Positions 49,412 through 58,890 of a DNA stretch of 64,000 nt are shown piece after piece. Source of the DNA: a virus; the IMG/VR virus record IMGVR_UViG_3300021440_000014, positions 64,001 through 128,000 of that record, one strand, 5' to 3'. Every line of letters begins with the position of its first letter. The stretch's first letter is position 1. A model generated the notes under the pieces. It was not told the DNA's origin, did no database searches, and was given only the letters and a program-made list of their open reading frames with translations. Made by a program: the position numbers and the translations under genes.

Positions 49412-49529
49412 TGAGCACGGCAGGATTTTAACCTGCAAATCCCTTGTACAAGGAATATTTATTGGGTTTCTCAGTTGTATCTAATAGGGCAAATCCCTCC
49501 CTTGCTTTTTACATTCCGCCACGCGCTCA
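49412..49529 (-). ncRNA. tRNA-like RNA with expanded anticodon region
   Basis: GAGCGCG/CGTGCTC acceptor, TGGCGGAA D-arm start, GCAGG-TTAAAAT-CCTGC T arm. Confidence 0.6.
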
Positions 49530-49534
49530 TAAAT

Positions 49535-49683
49535 TGGTGCCCCGCTAGGAATCGAACCTAGTTTCTTCGCAATACTACTTTACCGCATAGGACGTTACTA
49601 AAGCCACGTTCGCTTGTTCTCGTTCCCTGTAGCGTTTCGCCTTGGCTACAGCAAGAATCTCACTTGCAGACCAATCTCGGGGC
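49535..49683 (-). ncRNA. 149-nt tRNA-like RNA ending in CCA
   Basis: GCCCCG/CGGGGC-ACCA, CTAGG-TTCGATT-CCTAG T arm, large insert, no canonical D or anticodon arm. Confidence 0.65.
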
Positions 49684-49696
49684 TAAATTAAAGTTT

Positions 49697-49839
49697 TGGA
49701 TACGGCAAGATTTGATACTTGTAATTTATCTTGATAGGACTCGAACCTACAGTCCTTTTTCAATAGGAAGTCCTGTTTATACAGGTAGAGCGTCCCTACC
49801 ACTCACAGCAAGATTGCGTCTACTTCCGCCACGTATCCA
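49697..49839 (-). ncRNA. GGATACG-family tRNA-like RNA containing a nested tRNA-like fold
   Basis: Same termini as 25883-26004; inner unit 49728-49814 has its own GTAGG-TTCGAGT-CCTAT T arm. Confidence 0.65.
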
Positions 49840-49850
49840 TTAAAAGTGAA

Positions 49851-49933
49851 TTGACTGTAGTTGTCATTGAGTTCTTACATCCAGCATTATACTGGGCCAC
49901 GCTCATATGTTTACATATTGCAACTACAGTCAA
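49851..49933 (-). ncRNA. stem-closed multi-branch RNA
   Basis: 13-bp stem TTGACTGTAGTTG/CAACTACAGTCAA with two internal hairpins. Confidence 0.5.
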
Positions 49934-49939
49934 ATTGAA

Positions 49940-50063
49940 TTCCCCGCCGTGAGAGTCTGTCTTTCTTCGGTTTTAATGTGACAGTAACCGCTTCTATTGC
50001 TCTCTCACACTTCTCTATCTTTAGACTCGTCTAAGTAGATTCTGCCAGCACAGGCACGGGGAA
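49940..50063 (-). ncRNA. structured RNA, CCCGTGC family, copy 2
   Basis: TTCCCCG/CGGGGAA, AAGTGTGAGAGAGCA...GACTCTCAC. Confidence 0.6.
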
Positions 50064-50073
50064 ATATCAAAAA

Positions 50074-50472
50074 TCAATCAAATTCATCGTAAGCATTATC
50101 ACGGCTATAAACCGAAAAAGTCACCGTAGGACCAATTCCGAAAGACTCTTCAAGACTACTAAAAACAATCGTATCGTCGGCAACTTGAGTAGCCTGAATT
50201 TGAGAGCGAGCCTGATCGGGATTGACTACGCTGAAGATAATAATACCTCCTTTCGGAATACGCAAGTCTTTAACTTTGCTAACGCCATTAAAAATTAAAA
50301 CCCTACCAACAAGTTTTGGCGCGAAATCAGAAGTAGCCGCCTGAGCCTGCCTGTTTTGGAAATGTGCGATACGTCTATCCGCGCCATTCAATTGATTTAC
50401 TAGGAAAAAGGAGCCAACAATGGCAATAGCCGAAGAAATAAGAGCCAAGTTAAGAGTATTTTTATTGTTCAT
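50074..50472 (-). CDS. secreted/membrane-anchored hypothetical protein
   Basis: N-terminal hydrophobic helix. Confidence 0.55.
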   Translation of the reverse strand: MNNKNTLNLALISSAIAIVGSFFLVNQLNGADRRIAHFQNRQAQAATSDFAPKLVGRVLIFNGVSKVKDLRIPKGGIIIFSVVNPDQARSQIQATQVADDTIVFSSLEESFGIGPTVTFSVYSRDNAYDEFD

Positions 50473-51190
50473 TTTTAATTATATTTTCGTTAATTTTTAT
50501 TGATTGAGGCATTTCTTCTGGATTAGTAGGAGTTTTTCCCGTATCCAAGAACTGCTTCAATATCTCATTTATAACAGCTATTTGCTTTTTGTCAAGACAC
50601 ATTCTGAAAGCGGGCTTCCCCTGCATATCAATATTCACGCCAAGCCAGAGAACTTCCGTCTCTTGAACTTTATCGGCCTGAAAAGAGCACTCGGCATTAT
50701 TAATGTCCCAGAAAACTCCTATTTTGGCACCATTATGATCTATAAATTGGATTTTCATTTTATTTTAGTTAATGATACTTTAACATTATCTATGGAAGCT
50801 TTTGCTGCGAACCACGGTGGACATCTATTAGAGTTAATAAAATCAAATACAATTGACTGAATAAAATGATTTTTGTATTTATGCAGTTTTAGCTCTGAAA
50901 ATGTAATACATAAATCATAATTCTCTACAGCTTCTACGCTCCATTTTTCTTCGTAAGAAAATTTAGAATCACTTACTTTGAATAAGAACTTCTCTTTCAT
51001 ATTAGCAGTCTATCCATCTTTTTTTATCGGAATCCTTCATCTGAACTTTAGCTTTTAAAAAATCTGCCTCAAGCGAAAATTCATCAAAATCGTCAGACAT
51101 TGAATTATATGCTTCCTGCGCTTCCTTTACGGTTTCCGCTTGAATTTCCATTACGGAAGTAAATACTATTCTAAATTTTCTTATACTAAC

Positions 51191-51658
51191 TTAATAAATT
51201 AAATATGACGGATTTTCCTTCCTGCATTTTAAAATTTCTAAAGGAGTTACTTCTCTTTCCGCGTAAAAATAGTTAGCTAAAAAGGTTCCTAAAACCACTT
51301 TCCTACTTTTATGAAAAGTAAAAACGAATCCGCGCTTACGTTTCCAAAAATTATTAACAAATCCAGTTAAATTTTCCAAACCCATTTGACAAACCGCATC
51401 TTGATCCCAAAGCATTAATACCTCTTTTACTGGAGTAAGGCTTCTGCATTTTCCTTTCAAAATTACTTTTTTGGGGTTCTCGTCATAAAATGAAATAGCG
51501 TCTTTTAATTCTCTAAAGACAAATACTTTTGAATTTTCAAATTTGGGATAATTCTTTTTAAACAAAAAATAATTTTGCTTACATTCCTTTGGAATGTCTC
51601 CAGCACTAATAAAATTATTATTATTTTTGGCCACCACTTTATAAACAGTATATCTCAT
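51191..51658 (-). CDS. hypothetical protein
   Basis: ORF track. Confidence 0.5.
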   Translation of the reverse strand: MRYTVYKVVAKNNNNFISAGDIPKECKQNYFLFKKNYPKFENSKVFVFRELKDAISFYDENPKKVILKGKCRSLTPVKEVLMLWDQDAVCQMGLENLTGFVNNFWKRKRGFVFTFHKSRKVVLGTFLANYFYAEREVTPLEILKCRKENPSYLIY

Positions 51659-51662
51659 ATAT

Positions 51663-51938
51663 TTAAATATCTAATTTTTCGCAAAGAGCTTTTACTTCTT
51701 CAAAAGTTCTGTTTTCATCATCGTTCCACGATGCTATTTTGTCTCCAATGTAACTCTTAACTTTAATAATAACCCTCCTCCTACTGTCCTCATCGCTATA
51801 ACATTTATTTATGGCTCCAAAAAGGCACCAGCAAGAAGCATTATTGTCGTTTATAGATACCCATTTACCGTTCTTATCTCTTGCTGAAGTTTTTTGCGTC
51901 CACTTTTCTTTTGTTGAGAAAAACTCTTTGATTTTCAT
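51663..51938 (-). CDS. small phage protein family, paralog 3
   Basis: WTQ...ARD..G...CWCLFGA...WND...RTFEEV. Confidence 0.65.
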   Translation of the reverse strand: MKIKEFFSTKEKWTQKTSARDKNGKWVSINDNNASCWCLFGAINKCYSDEDSRRRVIIKVKSYIGDKIASWNDDENRTFEEVKALCEKLDI

Positions 51939-52207
51939 ATTTAGAAGATAAAGTATTTTTACTAAATGTCAAGGGTTTAAAAACCACAAAGCTTTTTTAA
52001 GCGGCTCCGTAACGCATTTAATTCCTTCTTTTCTTCCCTGTCCATAAACGTCTACAACGATTCTCGTTAGAATACTACATAGCCAAGGATAATGCTTCTC
52101 TGGGTAATCTTTTACAGTAAAAGAATGTCTTACTCCATCCACTTCCAGAACAATTCTTGGAAAATTTTCATCACTTTTGTCTATTTCTGCACATTTTATA
52201 TTCATAA

Positions 52208-52523
52208 AAAAGATGACCCTAGCCGCTAACACGCGAATCTAGGGTCTTGTTTAATACAGGCTTTTAGCTTTATCGAACTAAGCCCAATCGTCTCTTAATC
52301 TAATCCCAACGTTTTACCGCTAAACTAGCGGGGCTAAAAATTGATATGGTGCCCCGCGCCGGATTTGAACCAGCGTATTTGGTTTAATTAACGACTCTCT
52401 TATTTCGACTTCTGTATTGGGTTTTTCAGCTTAGGGTAATAACTTGACATTCAATTTTAACTTGACTGCCTTAGAAACAGTTTTTAACCTTAACCTGAGT
52501 GGCGGTTTCCCGCCTACCCTAAA
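52208..52523 (-). ncRNA. about 300-nt RNA with circularly permuted tRNA-like domain (YrlA-like topology)
   Basis: T arm and 3' acceptor strand with ACCA precede the 5' acceptor strand and D arm; anticodon stem extended into a long helix; terminator at 52208-52246. Confidence 0.75.
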
Positions 52524-53282
52524 TTACTTGCCAAAAACGTAACCAATAAGAGATTCTCCAATCTTGCGATCCTTATCAGTTTCCACTTCATTGGCGCGAC
52601 TACGAGCCTTACGAACTGCTCGGCCCAAAATTTCAATCCGGTTAAGAATATCAGACTTTTGCGCTGGAGTCAACAATCCGCTCCATTCCTGTTCTTCAAT
52701 TTCGCCAATTTCAACGTCCTTATCGACTAATTGAGTTTGCGCAGGATGCTCTACCGTAGGAGGATGAAGAACAATAACGACCTTCTCCTTCTTCGTGCGC
52801 TTCTTCTTAACTGAACGCGCAACGAAATACCCCTTGCCGCGAGCTTCATCAGGTCGGAATCCCTTTGCCGGATCAAGGGTAGGTGCCGCAGCAACGAGCG
52901 TTGCAAGTTCCGTAACGCGCTTTTCAAGTTCGAGAAGAGTTGTAGCGGGAACACCTGTTACCAACGTAACTCCATCTTCCGTAACAATATCGGCCCGCGC
53001 AATTGTATTGGCTTCGGCGATTTGATAGGAGGAGTCAATTGCCTTGATAAGGAAGGGTTTGATTGCCTGAAGTTCCTTCTCTACCGTAGTCTGAATATCT
53101 GATTGACTTTCAGTGACAGAAGATCCTTCTCCTGAAGGAGTAAATGTAACTCGCTTTTCCTCAAAAAGATGTCGCTTGCTCTCGAATGATTTCGTCAGAT
53201 CAGCGCGAACTTTTGAAGCCTGCGTCTCAAGCCCGCCATTAACCGCGAGCAATTCATGTAGTTTTGTCTTGTTATTTGCCAT
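52524..53282 (-). CDS. uncharacterised 252-aa helical protein linked to the permuted RNA
   Basis: KLHELLAV N-terminus, VPATTLLELEK, PTLDP, HPAQ, AR.RAN; the RNA starts at its stop codon. Confidence 0.75.
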   Translation of the reverse strand: MANNKTKLHELLAVNGGLETQASKVRADLTKSFESKRHLFEEKRVTFTPSGEGSSVTESQSDIQTTVEKELQAIKPFLIKAIDSSYQIAEANTIARADIVTEDGVTLVTGVPATTLLELEKRVTELATLVAAAPTLDPAKGFRPDEARGKGYFVARSVKKKRTKKEKVVIVLHPPTVEHPAQTQLVDKDVEIGEIEEQEWSGLLTPAQKSDILNRIEILGRAVRKARSRANEVETDKDRKIGESLIGYVFGK

Positions 53283-53370
53283 ATTATTTATATATTACTT
53301 GTTTTTTAAAAATGGTCAATACAAAATAAAAACCCCGGTTTTAAGCCGGGGTATGATAAACTATTATTCT

Positions 53371-54297
53371 TTACTTAGCTGGAGTCTCGTTAAGCTCCAA
53401 GTATGGCCACCTGCCCTTTTCCTCTTCGCTAACTTCGCTCCACTTTTTATGATTACCGGGAGTTTCCTTAATCTCGTCAAGCTTTGAGAAAAATTGCTTT
53501 CGGAAAGAGGATAGCTGATCTACAATTTTCTTAGTCTTATAAGTCTTACTAACGAGTAGACATTGCGCGGAAACCGTGCTTACAGAGTTTGGACTCATTT
53601 TATTGTAAGTAATCGAAGTGGGTTTGTAAACCTGCTTCAAACGATCTACTACTCCGCTAGGGAAACTAAGCAGCTTATAGTCGCGACCAAGCTCTTCAAG
53701 ATTAGGCAGTGGCGCGGCACCGACAAATACGGCAGCATCAATAACCCCGCTATTAAGCGCATTCATTACATCTGCACCCTTCTCAAATTGTGTCACGTCA
53801 TAGCCAATTTGAGATTGAAGCCTAATAACCTGTGCTGTTACATAGCTTCCTCCTGCTGCACCGACCTTCATTCCTTGAAGAGAAGAAACGTCATTGATAA
53901 CAATAGGCTTCGCGCCGAAACCACCAAATCCACCAACAGCCCTCTTTGAAGTGCTCAAAGCTAGAAAATGAACATCTTCGCTAAAAAGAGCCAAGAGAGT
54001 CTTAAATCGGCTAAGATCCTCTGTCTGACCTCGAAAGTAGATCACATCAGAATGCATGAAAGCTGCATAAACTCGATTATTTACCAAAAGATCCAAATTT
54101 TCAATAGCTCCGTGACTTGGAACTTCCTTGAATACAATTCCAGAATCCGTAGTGACTGCTGAAATCTGCTTCAAGAACTGCTGATAAGTTCCAGAGGAAG
54201 ACCCTGCCGCTACAAGAAACTCAGTCTGAGCGTGTGTATTTGCGCCGATAAACAGCAATGTGATAAGTGCGATTATGTTTTTCATTTTGTTTTTCAT
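53371..54297 (-). CDS. TAXI-type TRAP solute-binding protein
   Basis: Signal peptide, GSSSGTY, GAIENL, SDV, L.ALFSEDVH. Confidence 0.75.
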   Translation of the reverse strand: MKNKMKNIIALITLLFIGANTHAQTEFLVAAGSSSGTYQQFLKQISAVTTDSGIVFKEVPSHGAIENLDLLVNNRVYAAFMHSDVIYFRGQTEDLSRFKTLLALFSEDVHFLALSTSKRAVGGFGGFGAKPIVINDVSSLQGMKVGAAGGSYVTAQVIRLQSQIGYDVTQFEKGADVMNALNSGVIDAAVFVGAAPLPNLEELGRDYKLLSFPSGVVDRLKQVYKPTSITYNKMSPNSVSTVSAQCLLVSKTYKTKKIVDQLSSFRKQFFSKLDEIKETPGNHKKWSEVSEEEKGRWPYLELNETPAK

Positions 54298-54513
54298 AGA
54301 TTATTGAATTTTAATGTTAAATTGGCTATTGTCTTGATATTGTTGAGTAGGCTGCTCTTGATCTCTGTTCATTATCAAAAACAAGATACCAAGAATTAGA
54401 ATCAAAATTAATGTAGCGATTACTCTAAATTTCATAGTCTCAGTATCGTGTATTTTTTAAAAAAGTCAAGAGGGCAAAATAAATTACTTGCCCCCTTTTG
54501 TTTTTTTTCAATT

Positions 54514-55059
54514 TTAGAACGAAAGACCAATACCGACGTTATAGGTTAGCGGGCGATGACCTCTATCTCCAGTATAAATACTATAATTCAATCCAGCATA
54601 AATAAATGCATTGTCAGAAGTATAAAACTGCAAGGAAGCCTCTGGTCCCGTTCGGAATAGCGGCGAAGAATGCAAGTCATACGAAATTCCGGCACTCCAA
54701 CCAGTATTCAAATACAACTCCTTAAACAAATGAGTATTCCAGTCAGCGAACAAGTCTGTGGCACCCGAGAAACTCGGCTCCCAATAGACTCCTTGAGAGA
54801 GTCCAACCCAAACTTCCGGCCTAGACTCAAATGGATTACTAGACAAGGAAACATCCAGCCCTACGTTGTTTTTCCCGTTAATGTAACTTCCGCCGCCACC
54901 GAGAGTCAATTCGTATCCCCCAAATTCCTTGGCACCAGAAGAATTCGTAGAAACGCATGTCGCACTAACAGTAGCATTAGTGTTCGTTGACGCAGACGCA
55001 TTCAAATTAGCGAATGCAATCGCAACAGTGATGATTAATGTATTAATTGTATTTTTCAT
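54514..55059 (-). CDS. outer-membrane beta-barrel protein
   Basis: Signal peptide, alternating beta strands, terminal YNVGIGLSF. Confidence 0.7.
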   Translation of the reverse strand: MKNTINTLIITVAIAFANLNASASTNTNATVSATCVSTNSSGAKEFGGYELTLGGGGSYINGKNNVGLDVSLSSNPFESRPEVWVGLSQGVYWEPSFSGATDLFADWNTHLFKELYLNTGWSAGISYDLHSSPLFRTGPEASLQFYTSDNAFIYAGLNYSIYTGDRGHRPLTYNVGIGLSF

Positions 55060-55158
55060 AAGATCTCAATCCTATCATGTTTTTTAGAACAGTCAAACGA
55101 AAATAAAAAAACCGTTTCCCTTTTGGAGGAAACGGCTAGTCTACTATATTTTATATAT

Positions 55159-56220
55159 TTAATCGCTATTCATCGGCACCACACAGCTAAACATAATAAG
55201 CTTAACAATCGCCATTACGTTAGGTTTAGGCAGACTATTACCTACTAGATCCACCTTCACTTTCGACGCAAGAGTCACGCCATTTCTAATAACGTCTTGA
55301 TATACCATCGTTCCGGTAAGTGAAGCTACGCTATTATCAACCTCAAAAAACGATGACTCGTCCGCCCGCTTTCCTCCTTGAAAAACTTCGTTGCCATTCG
55401 CCAATGGTTCGTTATAGCGCAAATCAAACTCGTATCTTCCTTGACCATCAGTAGCTCTCTTTGGGGACTCTATCCAACGAATAACACCTGATACGCGATC
55501 ACTCTTAACTGTTCCTGAAACATCCGTAAACTGAACAGTGACATTATTCCAATACCAAGCACTCTTATCGTAGTCGTAGAACAGATCCCCGTTAACTGTA
55601 ACTGGTTGATAAATTTGAGCAGGACCAGCAGCGATGATATGCTGGCGAAACTCCATCTTATCGTATTTATTAAGAACAGTTATATCAGCTTTTCCGTTAA
55701 TCATTCTCACAATGGGGATAGCCTCCTTCTTTAGTTTGTCAAGCCAGTCAGAGGGACGATTCAATGGCTTGCCATTTGCGTTACCAGAGAACTTGCTTGT
55801 AAAGCCACCACTTCTACCAATAGGTAGGACATCAACGCTAAGGTTATTGAAGTTATAAACCCCCTCTTGAGAGATAGGAACAGTTCCCAGCATCTTGCCA
55901 ACCATTCTTACATCTTGTGCGTTTCTTGGATTCACTACGCCAAGAGCCATATCATATTTGAGCTTACGGTTCTGAGTAACGCTCTTAGAGAATGTTCCCT
56001 CAACGATTTGAGGATAGTCGTAAATGTTACCAATAAATACAACGCTGTTATCAACATTAATGTTAAAATGATAAACGTCATTGGTTCCCTTTTTGTCTGG
56101 AAACTGTTTTGTAAGATAGGAGATATTGATATCTCCATTTACTTTAACCGGCGCATTTGATTGAGAGAATCCAATTTGAATGAACAAATTAAGGATAATA
56201 ATTGCAATTATGTTTTTCAT
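55159..56220 (-). CDS. secreted hypothetical protein
   Basis: Signal peptide, beta-rich 353 aa. Confidence 0.6.
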   Translation of the reverse strand: MKNIIAIIILNLFIQIGFSQSNAPVKVNGDINISYLTKQFPDKKGTNDVYHFNINVDNSVVFIGNIYDYPQIVEGTFSKSVTQNRKLKYDMALGVVNPRNAQDVRMVGKMLGTVPISQEGVYNFNNLSVDVLPIGRSGGFTSKFSGNANGKPLNRPSDWLDKLKKEAIPIVRMINGKADITVLNKYDKMEFRQHIIAAGPAQIYQPVTVNGDLFYDYDKSAWYWNNVTVQFTDVSGTVKSDRVSGVIRWIESPKRATDGQGRYEFDLRYNEPLANGNEVFQGGKRADESSFFEVDNSVASLTGTMVYQDVIRNGVTLASKVKVDLVGNSLPKPNVMAIVKLIMFSCVVPMNSD

Positions 56221-56344
56221 ATTTTATTGATTTTCTTCGATTTGATCTACGGAAACTTCTTCGCTTTTATTGCTAGTAAGGATAAACAATCCAAAAAGAA
56301 TCACAACAATAATCACTAAAGATATTACTTTGTATTTCATTTGA

Positions 56345-57082
56345 TTACAGGGACAAGGGTTTAAGAGAGCCGTCTTCGCTTGATTCCTTTTTCGAGATTT
56401 TAACCTCTTCCTTTTCGTCCGCTGGGGCGTTAAGGAGCGATGTTTCAAGCTCAGAGAATGCGCGATTCATCCCGTCCTGAATAGAGAGCAACGCGACATC
56501 GTTCATGATCTTCGTCTGGAATTCCTGACCAAGATCAAATAGCTCCTGAGCCTTGGCGAAAGACTTTGCAATCTCCCATTCCTGTCTTTTTTCTTCAATA
56601 GTCTGCTCAAAAATTTCCAACTCCTTTTTGGCACGTTTATAGGCGGCACTTCGGACATCAATCAATTGCTGAAGCTTGACAAGCTTTGGCTCGAAATGGC
56701 TAGGCTTTCCGGGGAACTTCTCCTTAAAGGTAGTAACCTGACCATGAACGTTCTGCAACACAACATACGTATCGCGAATATTAGTCTCTCTCGCAGCTAA
56801 TTCCTCCTTACGACGCTTCCATTCCGTTTCAAGTGTCTCAATAGGGTTTGCGGCAGCTTCGGCTTTCAGTGCTTTAATTCTCCAATTGCCGATCTTTACG
56901 GCGACCAATGGAGCAAATTGAATTGCTGCAAAAGCAATCACAAATGCTACAATAAGCCCAACCAAGCCTTTAATAGCAATGAAGACGAATGGGGCGACAA
57001 CGAAGCCAATTACTGAAAAAATCAGCAGCTTCACCAATGTTTCTGTTCTTTGTTTCTTTTGTTCAATAGATATAGTTTTCAT
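56345..57082 (-). CDS. membrane-anchored coiled-coil protein (PspA-like)
   Basis: Two transmembrane helices, then NPIETL and a long coiled coil. Confidence 0.55.
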   Translation of the reverse strand: MKTISIEQKKQRTETLVKLLIFSVIGFVVAPFVFIAIKGLVGLIVAFVIAFAAIQFAPLVAVKIGNWRIKALKAEAAANPIETLETEWKRRKEELAARETNIRDTYVVLQNVHGQVTTFKEKFPGKPSHFEPKLVKLQQLIDVRSAAYKRAKKELEIFEQTIEEKRQEWEIAKSFAKAQELFDLGQEFQTKIMNDVALLSIQDGMNRAFSELETSLLNAPADEKEEVKISKKESSEDGSLKPLSL

Positions 57083-57130
57083 ATTTTTATCAGTTGCTAT
57101 GTTATTTTATTTTTTTGTTTTAGTCAATGT

Positions 57131-58126
57131 TTAATTTTCAATAGCAAAAGGCTCAGACAATATTTTAAAGCTCATTCTGCCACCTAAAACCTCGCTTTGT
57201 TGTTCTTTACAAGGTCTGCATACTATACCCTCTGCGCTGACGCCCTTTAAATATTCTTGCTCGTTAGCCATATTAATAAGCTGCTCTAAGCTGAAATTAA
57301 ATTTTCCTGCCCAAACTACAGGGACAAATGGTAAATTATTTTCAACACAAAATTCCATGAAAACATCAAAATCCGCATATTTACGATGCTTTATGCTAAA
57401 AAAGTTAAACAATGCAAGACTTATTTTTTCGGCTTTCATTGGGTTCTTTTGGATTCCCGGTCCATAGACTTCACCTTGCACAGCATAGTCTCCGGGGAAT
57501 TTAGCTCTAAAAGCTCTCAAAGCTTCTTCTATTTTATATTCTCTAGCAACTTTCCAAAAACCATTCCCCTCTTCTTCTTTTAATTCTAAATTTCTGGAGC
57601 AAACTCCGAATTTTTCGTCTTTAAGATAGAAGGTTCCGCTACTTCCATCCATTTTTAATGTAATACAAGATTCCTTGCCTTGGAGTTCTTTTATTACATC
57701 TGGATAGGTTCTACCATTCAATTCGTCTGTCCTCTTTAAAAAAGATGGGAAACTACCTTCTACTTTTCCGGCTAATTGTGCGGGAACCGGCTTTTCATAT
57801 TTCTGAATACCAGTTTGCTCCGTAACGTCCATTCCTTCGACAATACTATCTTTGTCCAAGAGAATATTGATAGGTAACGCAAGTCCTTCGGAATACTGCC
57901 CCTTAAGGCGAATGGTTTTTAATCTAAAATTCTTATTTCTAAGAAATTCATATTCTGGTTTTTGTGGCAAAATAGTATCGGAATAGTGATAAACACATAA
58001 ATCGTTTTCCTGAAACTCATTTTTCTTGACGACTACCTTATAACCAAGGATATCCGCAACCAAAATGTTATCTGCCCCTTCAATAGGGGAAAGCTTTTTT
58101 ATTCTTTCTATACTAGCTAATTTCAT
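57131..58126 (-). CDS. RNA ligase (Rnl2-like, DRB0094 type)
   Basis: N-terminal OB-like domain (PIEGAD, RLKGQYSEGL), KMDGSS, QGEVYGPGIQKN, EGIV, SFK. Confidence 0.88.
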   Translation of the reverse strand: MKLASIERIKKLSPIEGADNILVADILGYKVVVKKNEFQENDLCVYHYSDTILPQKPEYEFLRNKNFRLKTIRLKGQYSEGLALPINILLDKDSIVEGMDVTEQTGIQKYEKPVPAQLAGKVEGSFPSFLKRTDELNGRTYPDVIKELQGKESCITLKMDGSSGTFYLKDEKFGVCSRNLELKEEEGNGFWKVAREYKIEEALRAFRAKFPGDYAVQGEVYGPGIQKNPMKAEKISLALFNFFSIKHRKYADFDVFMEFCVENNLPFVPVVWAGKFNFSLEQLINMANEQEYLKGVSAEGIVCRPCKEQQSEVLGGRMSFKILSEPFAIEN

Positions 58127-58170
58127 ATATTATAATTATCGTTTTGATTAGTGAAATGTCAATTTAAAAT

Positions 58171-58890
58171 CTATTTTAATTGAAAATATGCATACCCTAC
58201 ATTTTCATATTCTTCAAATTTTAATAGCCTATGACTTGTGAACTTATCCCTAATCCAACTTAGATTTACAATAGGTTTATGATATTCTATAACTATATAC
58301 TTACATTTACTTAAAAAATATGCTTCTAGAGGATCTGATAAAAGATCATACTCTGCCCCTTCTATATCTATTTTCAAAAGATCGCATGGTGTTGACATGA
58401 AAGTTGCCCATGCATCGGAGATTCTAATTTTTTCTTCTCCTAATTCCGAGCCGTAAACTATTTTAGACTCTGGAGAATGACTGTTTTCTATAAATTTACC
58501 TCCGCTATATCCAACTAAACCTTTTAAAACATATACATTATCGGTGGCAGAATTAAGCTTTAAATTTGATAGACACTTTTTTATAGCCGTATCGCTTGCG
58601 TCTACAGCCATTCCTGAAATTTTATTCTTAATGTTATTACAAAGCCATAATAAAAATAAACCTTTATTACATCCTACGTCATATACATAATTAAAATCCC
58701 ATTTAAGAATTATATCTGAATAGCCTAATCCATTCTTAATTCCATCTTTATTTGATTTCCAATCTTCTAAATCATAATTAAGATATTTTATTTTACCATA
58801 ACTATTCAATTTAGGATATGTAAAACAATATTTGTTTATTTTCTTTACAATTTTTTTGTACAAGGAAGTTTTTTTGAATTTATTAATCAT
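58171..58890 (-). CDS. FkbM-family methyltransferase
   Basis: YDVGCNKG, LLKIDIEGAEY, IEYH. Confidence 0.8.
   Translation of the reverse strand: MINKFKKTSLYKKIVKKINKYCFTYPKLNSYGKIKYLNYDLEDWKSNKDGIKNGLGYSDIILKWDFNYVYDVGCNKGLFLLWLCNNIKNKISGMAVDASDTAIKKCLSNLKLNSATDNVYVLKGLVGYSGGKFIENSHSPESKIVYGSELGEEKIRISDAWATFMSTPCDLLKIDIEGAEYDLLSDPLEAYFLSKCKYIVIEYHKPIVNLSWIRDKFTSHRLLKFEEYENVGYAYFQLK

Noticed and set aside
52208-52523. Two-piece tmRNA
   Set aside because: The acceptor stem lacks G3:U70, a full D stem is present, and the piece after the D arm is too short for a tag ORF and pseudoknots.
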